In this document: positions 19,529-28,660 of the stretch, piece after piece
Numbering within the stretch: position 1 is the first letter of the stretch
Layout of the letters: every line of letters begins with the position of its first letter
DNA from: Trueperaceae bacterium
GTDB taxonomy: Bacteria > Deinococcota > Deinococci > Deinococcales > Trueperaceae
Length of the DNA: 64,000 nt
Assembly (NCBI GenBank): GCA_965215565.1
Contig: CBDCDZ010000004.1
Coordinates: 1,440,001 to 1,504,000 of the forward strand
Direction of reading: 5' to 3'
The notes under the pieces: generated by a model
Told to the model about the DNA's origin: nothing
The model's input: the letters and a program-made list of their open reading frames with translations, nothing else
Databases searched by the model: none
Program-made: the position numbers and the translations under genes

Positions 19529-20420
19529 GCGCCTGTCCCGGATACTCCGGCGACCACCAGAGCAAGACGCCGGAGAGCCCCTTGACCTGCGCAACCTGAG
19601 CACAGTCGAACGCGCGCTCCACCGTCGTGCCGTTAGGCGCTTTGGGGTCCACGGTGACTTGCGGCACCCAGTTAAGTTCCGGATTGACGAGCGAAACTTG
19701 CCGGATCACGCGCTCTAGGGCGCGCTCGAACGCGCGCGTGCCCTCTTTGCAGTAGGTCTGCGTCTGGATAAAAAGCTCATCAAAGGCTTCACTGAGCTGA
19801 CCGTAGTTCCAATTGTAACGGAGCAGGTTGCGCTGCAAAAGCGGACGTCCAGTAGGTTTGGCACCCAGACGCAGTTCGCTCGTCCGCGCCCAGGCGCTCG
19901 CCTCGGAGAGGTGCTCCAACGTCGCGTAAAAGTCCCAGGTGAATTCAGGCAGGTTAGGGAAGTTCGGCTCGTAGACGTAGATAACTGCCTCGACGGGGGG
20001 CTCCACACCGAGCGTCGCAGCGGCGACGTTGCTTAGACCGCTCGTCGCTGCGACGATGGACACTTGCGGGTAGGCGCGCCGCAGCGCGTCCGCCGCGCTG
20101 TTGACCCACGCGATATCCACCTCGCCCCTCGTGTTGCCGGAAACGAGCATAAAGGTGTCGCCCGGCTGCAAGAGAAGGTGAAACTCGGTCTGCGAAGAGA
20201 GTACGAGTTCCAACCCACGCTCGTTGTAGATGGGCAGCACGACGGAGAGGCTTGCGCTTGAATCAGCGGGCTCGGCTGAGCGGGGCTGAACCGTCGGCTG
20301 AGCTAGGGCGGGCTCAGTCGTGACCTGAGCCGCGGCGTGACCCAGAAGAGACGGTGCACAGAATACTATCCACATGGCAAATAAGGCACACAACGTTTTT
20401 GAGCCTTGGTCAATCATCAT
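19476..20420 (-). CDS. Hypothetical exported protein, possibly TIM-barrel glycoside-hydrolase-like
   Basis: Signal-like N-terminus ending AAAQ, Pro/Thr linker, IYVYEPN, LFIQTQ, GVLLWW; start uncertain. Confidence 0.55.
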   Translation of the reverse strand: MMIDQGSKTLCALFAMWIVFCAPSLLGHAAAQVTTEPALAQPTVQPRSAEPADSSASLSVVLPIYNERGLELVLSSQTEFHLLLQPGDTFMLVSGNTRGEVDIAWVNSAADALRRAYPQVSIVAATSGLSNVAAATLGVEPPVEAVIYVYEPNFPNLPEFTWDFYATLEHLSEASAWARTSELRLGAKPTGRPLLQRNLLRYNWNYGQLSEAFDELFIQTQTYCKEGTRAFERALERVIRQVSLVNPELNWVPQVTVDPKAPNGTTVERAFDCAQVAQVKGLSGVLLWWSPEYPGQALNFLRQLRAPVAASQQE

Positions 20421-20583
20421 CACGTCCTCTTCGCCGCCCTCGTTTACCCGGTCCCACAGGTCCCGCCGTAAACGTTTCTCATTCATCATATAAGACGACG
20501 ATGAGAGGCGGCACCTCACCCTAGAAGGCAGCGGGGCGAAAAGGGGTAAACTTTGCGACTCGAGGTATGGGAATTTCTTAACA

Positions 20584-21708
20584 CTAAGGTCTGAGCTTGA
20601 GGGTAGCCTGATGTAGGTGTTCTATAAACGTATTGAAGCAATTCGCAGCCTCTAATGCCAGTTCCTTCGTTGGGCGCACCAATTCCTTCGACTTATCGGG
20701 GGATTCGAGTATAGGTATCAAAGGAGACACATGAATAACTTGGTGTCTATACCTGATGTACTCTTTCAACGGCGTAAATACTTTAGAGTCTAAACCTATA
20801 TCGTTACCGAAACTCAAGTTGTAAGCCTTGCCATAAGCGCGCTTGCAATCATCGTAACTTTGAAAGTTGATCCTATCTTTATCGATGAGGTGAACTAATG
20901 CAGACTTTCCCTCTTCCTTGGCCTCTTCATAGAAGTCTCGAACTAGCCCCTTCTTTCTCTCCCTTGTTGAGAAAAATCGATCAGTAAGCGCCTTCATGTC
21001 AGCACGAATGCCTTCACCCTCTAGCTCAAGAAAACGTCTTTTGGTGTAGGACTCAAATCCCGTCACCATAATAGAAAGGATAGAGTTGGTTACAGCAACC
21101 TCATGCAAAGAACCTTTTTCTAATTCTCTATCTAATAGTAGTTTCGCCGCTATTGTGCTATCTGCCCAAAATTCAATGGCGGACGGTTCTATAATCAACT
21201 GGTCATATTTGTAAACCCGATGATGCGATGTTTCTAAAGGCTCTCCATTGGCATCTACCCCATCAATGGCATAAACATTCCCGTCTTTGCCGACACGGTG
21301 TTGAGTGCGAGATTTTACTCCGAGCGCTGAAATCGTCCCTTCCCGCTCTACCACGCTAAAGTCAAGCCTAACTTCCTCGGGCGACCAACCTAAAAAAACT
21401 GCCACTTCATCGCCAAGGAAAACGTTTTCTAAATCTATCTCTGCAACTCGCGTTCCCGTACCAGGCGATGAGTGATAGAACTGAAGAGATGAACGATTAG
21501 TACAAACGAAATGAACCACATGGCTTCCTATTGGTATCATGTTCAAAAGGGCAAATTCCGGTTCTTTACGGTCAATTAAATTGGAAGATTTGAAACTTAA
21601 TAAAATAGTACCGGCAGGCATTGGGTCTAGTTCTCGAACGCTCTCGTCCAGCAATCCGGGATGTTCTACTACTCTTCTACCAATAAGTTGAGCTGGTAGT
21701 TCTTTCAC
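20584..21708 (-). CDS. AT-rich hypothetical protein with putative C-terminal HEPN RNase domain
   Basis: Low GC; helical C-terminus with IMVTGFESY and RHQVIH (R-x4-H). Confidence 0.6.
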   Translation of the reverse strand: MKELPAQLIGRRVVEHPGLLDESVRELDPMPAGTILLSFKSSNLIDRKEPEFALLNMIPIGSHVVHFVCTNRSSLQFYHSSPGTGTRVAEIDLENVFLGDEVAVFLGWSPEEVRLDFSVVEREGTISALGVKSRTQHRVGKDGNVYAIDGVDANGEPLETSHHRVYKYDQLIIEPSAIEFWADSTIAAKLLLDRELEKGSLHEVAVTNSILSIMVTGFESYTKRRFLELEGEGIRADMKALTDRFFSTRERKKGLVRDFYEEAKEEGKSALVHLIDKDRINFQSYDDCKRAYGKAYNLSFGNDIGLDSKVFTPLKEYIRYRHQVIHVSPLIPILESPDKSKELVRPTKELALEAANCFNTFIEHLHQATLKLRP

Positions 21709-21960
21709 TATCGGGCTACGTGAAACTGCTCAGTGACTAGACTAAAATTCACTTCACCCTCATAAGTTTGAATATTGTTCAAAAACGGACCATGCCCAAG
21801 AAACTTATTGTAGTTACGATAAAAGGTAGCACGTGAACGTACCATTGTCATATCATCTTCTCCATAGGTGTCAGCCCTTTTTCCGTCGCTAGCTGGATGA
21901 TGTTGATGTGTCCCTCTCGTTCTCCTCAACTAGATTTACTCACTGACTTACCACCAATCA

Positions 21961-23305
21961 TTAACCATCCACCTCGCGCACCATGACGCGGCTCCCCTCG
22001 ACGCGCAAGACTTCTATTGCGCTGCCCCGAGTTACCCCCTTCGGTGACGACGTCGACGCGCTCTAAATCGAAACGCGCCGTCCCTGCCGGGCGCAAGTCG
22101 GTGATAGCGACGCCGCGCTCGCCGCTCAGGTGGCGGAGGTCGCTCGTGAGCTTGCCCTCGTTGGGCGTGTCGACGCTCTGCGGCGAATCACTGTCGCCCA
22201 GGCGCGTCGTCAGCGTGAATACGCCGCCCAAGCGCGTGTTCGGCAGGAGCCAAAGCGCTAAGCCTAGCAAGACGCCGCCGAAGAGCGTGGTGTAGCCGAG
22301 CACCTCGGCGGTGTTTCCCTGAAAGATGCGAAAGACCGCGAAGATGATCGCACCTGCGCCTAAGATACCCGCCACCCCGAAGCCGGGAATCACGAAGACC
22401 TCAGCGGCGATGAGCAAGATGCCCGCTAGAAGCACCACCAGGTCGAACGGACCCGCAGGCGTGGCAATGAACGCGCCGCTAAAAAAGAGCAAGAGCGCGA
22501 GCGCCCCGATACCGCCCGGCAGCCCGACGCCCGGCGAGAAGAGTTCGATGATGATGCCTAGAATACCGATGGCTAAAAGCGCCGCCGCAACGAGCGGGCT
22601 CGTCAGCCCGCCTGCGACGCGCTCGGTGAGGGTAGGCTCGAGCCGCTCGACAGGTACATTCGCGCTGTAGCCGAGCTGTTCCAAAGCGTCTTGCAAGCTG
22701 CTCGCTTGCAGGTCCGCGATGTTGTATTCCACCGCCTGCGCCGCTGTTAGCGTGACGAGTTCTTCGTTTGTGGAGAGCCCCGGCACTTCGATGCGCTCCG
22801 AGACCATCCCTGCCGCCACGTCCTCGTTGCGCCCTCTCGCTTGCGCCACCGCGCGAAACTCGCTGCGCCACGCGGACTGAATCTTCTCGGACGCCTGTTC
22901 GCCCGTGAGCCCGTTTATAGCCGTTGCCGCCCCGATGGACGCGCCCGGTAAGATCGCTAAGTCCTGCGCGCTCATCGCGATGAGCGCGCCCGCGCTAAAG
23001 GCGTCTTGCACGACGGCGATCGTCGGTACCTGCGCCTCATTGAGGATGCTGTCCGAGATGTCTTGCGCCGCGTCCACGCGCCCCCCCGGTGTGTCGATAA
23101 GGAATACGAGGGCGAGCGGAAGTGTGTCGTTCGCCTCTTCGATGCGTGAGACGACAAACTGCGTAGTGGCAGGCGTAATCTGCCCTTCAATGGGGATGAC
23201 CCAGACGGCGTTGGCGTTCTGTGCGTGGCTAGGCGGACCGAGTCCGGTGAGGACGGCAGCTAAAACCAACAAAAAGGCGAGGTAAGCTCGCGGTTCGCGT
23301 ATCAT
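21961..23305 (-). pseudogene. nfeD: NfeD family membrane-bound serine protease, frameshifted near the 3' end
   Basis: IDTPGG, AFSAGALIA, TM region, TDLRPAGTA..RVDVVTEG; canonical tail SAIEVLRVEGSRVMVREV* lies in another frame after the G run at 22035-22039. Confidence 0.8.
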
Positions 23306-23376
23306 GTTACTCAAAATTATACCCGCAAAAGCGCGTTCGCTATGTCGAGGGCGCGTCGGCTCAGCGCTATAACAAA

Positions 23377-23783
23377 TAGCAGGTATCAAAGTCTGTCTCA
23401 CTATGTTCGGAGCTGGTTTGAGTGTACATAAGTTCTGCGAAGCAACGCTCTCATACCCTTTCCGGTAAAATACGCTACAAAGTAGCGCATTTAATCCCGA
23501 GGAAGAGCCATCAGCCGGTGGTAACATCAACGAATAGCCAGTACAAGCCATCTACAACGGCATGATACGCCCGGCTGAAGGCTCCTGAGCGAGCAGAAAC
23601 AAGTACGGATTCCGGTGAGCACGGAATTCGTATCACTCCAAGAAGCAACGTTTCGCTCTGCAAAAAGTGCCTAACTAGCACGCACATCGTGAGATGAAAT
23701 CCCGCTCTCAAGCGAAGCTTAGCGGGATCGGTCTGCGAGCTGAGACCTATGATATTTTGTCTCAGTGTATTGTGGAAATGCCA
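23377..23783 (-). mobile_element. Family A MITE-like repeat carrying a nested family B element
   Basis: TAGCAGGTATCAAAGTCTGTCTCAC ... GTCTCAGTGTATTGTGGAAATGCCA. Confidence 0.75.
23454..23632 (-). mobile_element. Family B MITE (Deinococcus small-repeat-like), nested
   Basis: TACCCTTTCCG...CGGAATTCGTA ends with TCA direct repeats at 23451-23453 and 23633-23635. Confidence 0.7.
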
Positions 23784-23858
23784 AGAAAATTCAGCCCACC
23801 CTTTTTATGACACGCCAACCAATCTGATAAGACTAAGTTATCACCGCTGCGGGCAGTC

Positions 23859-24533
23859 CTAAGAGGTGACGAGCAACCTAGCTCGCTCCAAAACCGCGTC
23901 GAACATCTTCGGCGTGAGCCTGCCAGTGTTCGTATTTTGGATGCTGACGTGGTAACTGCCGAGCATAGGTAAGGCACCCTCTATCTCATGAAGTGCGCTG
24001 TGCGCAAACTTGTAGCGGGCTTTAACAATCTCTCTTCCCTGAGCTTTGAGCAGTTCCAAGTAGCTGTCATGCGCGATAGACCCGAGGGCGAAGACGAGTT
24101 TTAAGTTCCTGAGCCCGTTAAAGTCATGTTCCAGCCAGGTTTGGCAGTTCAGCACCTCTTGCCGCGCGGGTTTGTTGCCGGGCGGTACACAGCGGCACGC
24201 GGCGCTGATCCACATGTCGTTAAGCTCGAGCCCATCTCCCCGCTTCGAGTCCGGCTGGCTCGCGAAGCCCGTGCGCCACAGCGCCGGAAAGAGGAAGTTG
24301 CCGCTGCCGTCGCCCGTGAACATCCGCCCGGTGCGGTTGCTGCCGTGTGCGCCCGGCGCGAGCCCCAAGAGGAGGACGCGGGCGTCCTTGTCACCGAAGC
24401 CAGGCACGGGCTTGCCCCAATAGTCCTCGTTTTGATAGGCGCGGCGCTTCTTCTCAGCAACCTCTTGGCGGTACTGGGTGAGCCTGGGACAGCGGGTGCA
24501 GTGCTCGAGGTCTTTCGGAAAGGGATCGAACAT
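23859..24533 (-). CDS. Uracil-DNA glycosylase family 5 (UdgB-like, Fe-S)
   Basis: CTRCPRL, YWGKPVPGFGD, GLAPGAHGSNRTGRMFTGD, RCVPP.NKP, YHVS.QNTNTG. Confidence 0.93.
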   Translation of the reverse strand: MFDPFPKDLEHCTRCPRLTQYRQEVAEKKRRAYQNEDYWGKPVPGFGDKDARVLLLGLAPGAHGSNRTGRMFTGDGSGNFLFPALWRTGFASQPDSKRGDGLELNDMWISAACRCVPPGNKPARQEVLNCQTWLEHDFNGLRNLKLVFALGSIAHDSYLELLKAQGREIVKARYKFAHSALHEIEGALPMLGSYHVSIQNTNTGRLTPKMFDAVLERARLLVTS

Positions 24534-25048
24534 CACTCGGCGTCCACGAGACAGACAAACCTGAATGGAAACAACTCGGGGAACAACTCGGGGACCTCTC
24601 GGACCCTTTCATCGCAACCGATGAGCGCAACCCCGACGACGCACCCCTTCAACTTCTGAATGAGTTCGACCGCCGCTACGAGCTGTGCGCCCGTCTCTGA
24701 CCAGTCGTCCACGAGGAGCACGCGCTCGCCCGGCTGCACTGCGTCTTCGGCCAGCTCGAGCCCCTTCACCTCGCCGCTGTAATTCGCAATTTTCGTGCTC
24801 ACGGTATGCCAAGGAATTTTGCCCTCTTTGCGAATGAGAACGAGCCCGGCTCCGAGTGAAACGGCGACGCTGCCACCCAACGTAAAGCCGAGCGCATCTA
24901 ACGCAGCGACTTTCTCAACCCCGCTGTTTCGGAACGGCTCAGCTAAATCTTTCGTCACTCGCCCGAACGCCGCAGCGTCCGCGAAAAGAGGCGTGAAGTC
25001 GTAGCGATTGCGCCCCGCCATCTCCCTGATGTACCTCTCGAAATCCAA
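24533..25048 (-). CDS. Adenine phosphoribosyltransferase-like PRTase
   Basis: ALDALGF, LIRKEGKIP, PRPP motif VLLVDDWSETG. Confidence 0.8.
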   Translation of the reverse strand: MDFERYIREMAGRNRYDFTPLFADAAAFGRVTKDLAEPFRNSGVEKVAALDALGFTLGGSVAVSLGAGLVLIRKEGKIPWHTVSTKIANYSGEVKGLELAEDAVQPGERVLLVDDWSETGAQLVAAVELIQKLKGCVVGVALIGCDERVREVPELFPELFPFRFVCLVDAE

Positions 25049-25051
25049 GGC

Positions 25052-26218
25052 TTACACCCGCTGCTCGACGCCGCGCTTGATCCGCTGCAAGGCTTCCTCC
25101 ACAATCGCACGAGAGGTAGCGAAGTTCAGCCGCGTGAAGCCCTCGCCGCCCGGACCGTACGCGGGACCACTGTTGAGACCGACTTTGCAGTCCTCCAACA
25201 AGAAGTCGTGCACATCCTTGCCCACATCCAGCGCGCTAAAGTCCATGAAGCTGAGGTAGGTCCCTTCCGGCACGGCGTGCTTGACTTCCGGCAAATGCTC
25301 GCCCAAAAAGCTGCTCACGAACTGCCGGTTGTCGTCCAGATAGTCCATCATGCTCGCGTACCACGCCTGCGAACGCTCATACGCTGCCACCGTCGCGGTC
25401 TGCGCCATCACGTTAGGCGGCGCGACCAGGTAGCCCGCGACCTCTTTCACGCGCTTCAAGAGCTGCGGATTTTGCGCGATCAAAAAGCCGATTTTGAGCC
25501 CGGCGATGTTGAACGTTTTTGTAGGACCGTAGAGCGTCACGGTGCGCTCCGCGACCTCTTCGCTCAGCGAGGCGAAGGGGATGTGCTCGTGCTCTTTGTA
25601 GGTTAGATCGCTGTGAAGCTCGTCCGAGACCACCCACAGGCGGTGACGCAGGGCGAACTCAGCAAGCGCCTCCAACTCCTCACGGCGGAAGACGCGCCCG
25701 GTGGGATTGTGCGGGTTGCAGAGCATCATAAGGCGCGTGGCTGGCGTGACCTGCTCCTCCATCTTGTCAATGTCGATGGTCCAGTCGTCGCCCGTAAAGG
25801 TAAGTTGGCTATATACAGGCGTCCTGCCCATGTCCTTGATTGCCGTCATGAAAGGAGGATAGAGCGGGGTGTGAATCAAGACCTCTTCGCCCGGACCTGC
25901 TAACGCCAACGCGCCCAGGTAGAGCCCCGGTACGATGCCGTTAACGAGGTGGATGTCACCAGGTTCGACGTCCCAACTGTAGCGCTCCGCCAACCTCTTC
26001 TGCACCGCCTCTTTGAGCCCCGGCAGGCCTTCCGGTTTCGGATAGCCGAAGTTGTCACCTCGCGCGTAGTCTAAAAGCGCCTCGCGAATGGGCTCCGCGA
26101 TCGGAAAGTCCATGTCCGCCACCCACAGAGGGAGCACGTCGTTGTCAAAGCGCTGCCACTTCATGCAGTCTTTTTCTCTCAATATCTCTTTGTCGAGTTG
26201 ATCAAAAGGATGAGGCAT
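25052..26218 (-). CDS. MalY/PatB family PLP-dependent enzyme (cystathionine beta-lyase-like)
   Basis: LPLWVADMDF, LCNPHNPTGRV, SDELHSDL, PTKTFNIAGL, RLNFAT. Confidence 0.93.
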   Translation of the reverse strand: MPHPFDQLDKEILREKDCMKWQRFDNDVLPLWVADMDFPIAEPIREALLDYARGDNFGYPKPEGLPGLKEAVQKRLAERYSWDVEPGDIHLVNGIVPGLYLGALALAGPGEEVLIHTPLYPPFMTAIKDMGRTPVYSQLTFTGDDWTIDIDKMEEQVTPATRLMMLCNPHNPTGRVFRREELEALAEFALRHRLWVVSDELHSDLTYKEHEHIPFASLSEEVAERTVTLYGPTKTFNIAGLKIGFLIAQNPQLLKRVKEVAGYLVAPPNVMAQTATVAAYERSQAWYASMMDYLDDNRQFVSSFLGEHLPEVKHAVPEGTYLSFMDFSALDVGKDVHDFLLEDCKVGLNSGPAYGPGGEGFTRLNFATSRAIVEEALQRIKRGVEQRV

Positions 26219-26231
26219 AGTCCAGCGTATC

Positions 26232-26283
26232 AGAAGCGAGGAATAAGAAGTGAGGAGCAGGAAGCAAGAAGTAAGAAGTGAGA
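26232..26283 (+). repeat. Degenerate heptamer tandem repeat
   Basis: AGAAGCG AGGAATA AGAAGTG AGGAGCA GGAAGCA AGAAGTA AGAAGTG. Confidence 0.55.
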
Positions 26284-26286
26284 TTA

Positions 26287-26397
26287 AAGCAGTTCACAGA
26301 AGTACTGAATTGGAATAGCGCAAGTATCATTCAAGAACGTGCGTGCCCGTCAATGTTCCCTAACGTGGGATTGGCTCAAACCAAATGATACTTGCTA
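26287..26397 (+). mobile_element. Family A MITE-like repeat (short variant)
   Basis: AAGTACTGAATTGGAATAGCGCAAGTATCAT shared with the 55597 copy; ends CAAACCAAATGATACTTGCTA. Confidence 0.7.
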
Positions 26398-26480
26398 TAA
26401 AAGGTTCCTACTTTCTACCTCTTGCCCCCTCAGCTCGAGCACTCCCCCAATACCCTCGCGAGAACGGTAGACTGTCCGCT

Positions 26481-27458
26481 ATGGAGTTAGAGATCAACAT
26501 CCCCGACTGGGCGACGCACATCGTGTCCGACCTGACCGACATGGACAGAAACCCGCATGAGGTGGACAAGGAGAGGGTGAGCCGTTTCTCCCTCAATCTT
26601 CCGGGCGACGTCTATCTCGAATACGCTTTTTTGGACGCCGAAGGCGAGATGAAGGCTGACCCCGAGAACGAGGTGCGCGGGCGCAGCATCTGGTACCCCG
26701 AGGTGAGCGCGGTCTACGGTCCTGAGTATGAGGCTGAGCCGTACGCTCAGATTGACGAGGAGGAGGTCGACGTGGGTGAGACGAAGCGGGAGCGGCTCGA
26801 GTCCGACCTCTTAAACCAAACGCGCCGCCTGAGCCTCTACACGCCCCAGGGGTACGAAGACGAACCGCTGCCTGTCGTCTATATCCAAGACGGCACCGCC
26901 TTTTACCGCTTCGCCAAGCTCCACCTGACGCTCGAGAAGCTGATCGAAGATGACCTCGTCCGCCCCGCCCACCTCGTCTTTATCGAGCCGATGGACCGCG
27001 CGAAGGAATACGGCTACAACGAAACCTACCGCCGCTTCATGTTCGAAGAGGTCATTTCGCTTGTTGAAGATAAATTAAAGACGACTGATGAGCGAACCGC
27101 GATGGGCGCGAGCTTGGGCGGCTTGGCGAGCACGCTCTTAGCTTGGGACAAGCCAGAGGTATTCGGCACCGTCGTCGCCTTTTCGGGCGCATACTTGGGT
27201 ACGCCTGAATCTAAAGAATTTTATTGGGACGAAGATTCGTGGTTTTTAGAGGCGCTTAAATCCGAAGAGGTCAAACCGATACGGTTTTATAACGACGTGG
27301 GGACGTTGGAGTGGCTGACTGACATCAACCAAGAGGTTGCTGAAGTTTTAGATGAAAAAGGCTACGAGCACGTTTTTGAAACGCGAAATGCGGGGCACAA
27401 CTGGGTGAATTGGAAGAACGGGTTTCGGGGAGCGTTGGAATTTGCGCTGAAACCGTGA
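26481..27458 (+). CDS. Alpha/beta hydrolase (enterochelin-esterase-like)
   Basis: LYTP.GY...LPVVY.QDG, GASLGG, AGHNWVNW; TAGACT 7 nt before ATG. Confidence 0.88.
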   Translation: MELEINIPDWATHIVSDLTDMDRNPHEVDKERVSRFSLNLPGDVYLEYAFLDAEGEMKADPENEVRGRSIWYPEVSAVYGPEYEAEPYAQIDEEEVDVGETKRERLESDLLNQTRRLSLYTPQGYEDEPLPVVYIQDGTAFYRFAKLHLTLEKLIEDDLVRPAHLVFIEPMDRAKEYGYNETYRRFMFEEVISLVEDKLKTTDERTAMGASLGGLASTLLAWDKPEVFGTVVAFSGAYLGTPESKEFYWDEDSWFLEALKSEEVKPIRFYNDVGTLEWLTDINQEVAEVLDEKGYEHVFETRNAGHNWVNWKNGFRGALEFALKP

Positions 27459-27522
27459 GAGAGGTTTGGGGAGGGCTCGAGGCTTCCTACTACGCCCCAT
27501 CCGTAGCGCTACCATACAAAAG

Positions 27523-27549
27523 AAAAGCCCCGCACTCGGCGGGGTCTTT
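27523..27549. terminator. Intrinsic terminator (probably for the Crp gene, possibly bidirectional)
   Basis: AAAAGCCCCGC-ACTCG-GCGGGGTCTTTC between convergent genes. Confidence 0.6.
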
Positions 27550-27567
27550 CCGTGTCTATAGAGACGT

Positions 27568-28236
27568 TTAGAGCACCTGCATCACGTAGTGGTCCGTCGC
27601 AGCTTCCAACCCTTCTGGGTTCGCGACGTACACGCCGCGCGTGCCGGTGAGCGCGCCGTCATTGCGAAGCTCACCTAAAATGCGGGTGATGGTAACGCGA
27701 GACGAGCCCGTGAGCGACGCTAAATCTTCGTGTGTCAGGGCGAGGGGAAGCTTGACGCCCGCTTGACCGTCCGCGCTCTGACCGAAACGCTCGGCTAAGC
27801 GCAAGAAGGCGCGGGTCACGCGAGCACCAACCGGCAACTCAGCGTCGTCGATCGCTTCGCGGCTGTTGCGCAGTTGTCGCGCCAAGCTGCGCATGATGTA
27901 GTCGCGTAGCCTGCGGTCGCCCATCGCTTGCTGCGGGTCGACGGGGGTGAGGTCAGCGTTGTGCACGGCGACGACGGTCTCCGCGTGCTGACCGCCGTCC
28001 AAGGCAGCCGTGCCGATAACGTCGCCGGGACCGTAGAGGTCAGCGATGCGCTCTTTGCCTACCGACGTTGGGACAACGGCCTTTAAGACGCCGCTGTTCA
28101 CGATGTAAAGTGAGCTAGCGTCGCGTCCTTCTTCGTACAGAACGTCGTCAACCTCTAAAGTGCGCGTCGGCAAGGCTAAGGTATTTGGGACGACGTTGGG
28201 GGAGAAGCCTAAGTCTGTAGTATGAGTATCTAACAT
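27568..28236 (-). CDS. Crp/Fnr family transcriptional regulator
   Basis: LYEEG..ASSLYIV.SG, GPGDVIG, HTH LTHEDLASLTGSSRVTITRILG. Confidence 0.92.
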   Translation of the reverse strand: MLDTHTTDLGFSPNVVPNTLALPTRTLEVDDVLYEEGRDASSLYIVNSGVLKAVVPTSVGKERIADLYGPGDVIGTAALDGGQHAETVVAVHNADLTPVDPQQAMGDRRLRDYIMRSLARQLRNSREAIDDAELPVGARVTRAFLRLAERFGQSADGQAGVKLPLALTHEDLASLTGSSRVTITRILGELRNDGALTGTRGVYVANPEGLEAATDHYVMQVL

Positions 28237-28660
28237 AGGTGTAGACCTTTCTTGAATGTAGGATGTAAGGGGTAAAGCTATTTGAGATGGGTGTTGAGAA
28301 GGTTACTTAGGTGATCCGTTAGTGATTTGCCTGGGTGGGAGGACTATGCCTCTATCTGTTGATAATTTTACCTTATATATTAAGGCATGTCAAGGGGTGT
28401 ATCGTGTTTTGTAAGCGTGAAAAATTGTGTCCTAGACGGTATTTTTAGCGCTCTCTTGACCTTTACTGTAACCCACTTAAATTAAAACCTCATGACAGCG
28501 CACCGTACAGATGTTTAAGAAAGATTTAATATTCCTAAACATCTGTAGAATATCCTCTATATGTTAATTTCTTGTGTAGATATTTCACATGTTATATGAA
28601 TTCTGTCTTGTCTATATGCAACGGCTTGAACGAGCGAAAGCCTGAAACGCTCCTAGAACG

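Noticed and set aside
16068..21960. tRNA-anchored integrative element or prophage
   Set aside because: No integrase, no duplicated tRNA 3' end found, no phage genes.
23306..23551. N-terminal extension of nfeD in the ORF track
   Set aside because: It runs through nested MITEs; the signal peptide starts at ATG 23305.
24569..24594. 12 bp tandem duplication (PELF PELF) in the PRTase tail
   Set aside because: In-frame micro-duplication with no evident consequence.
28572..28590. CRP or Rex site TTGTGTAGATATTTCACAT upstream of the Crp gene
   Set aside because: Half-site spacing is one base off for both consensus motifs and the region is AT-rich.
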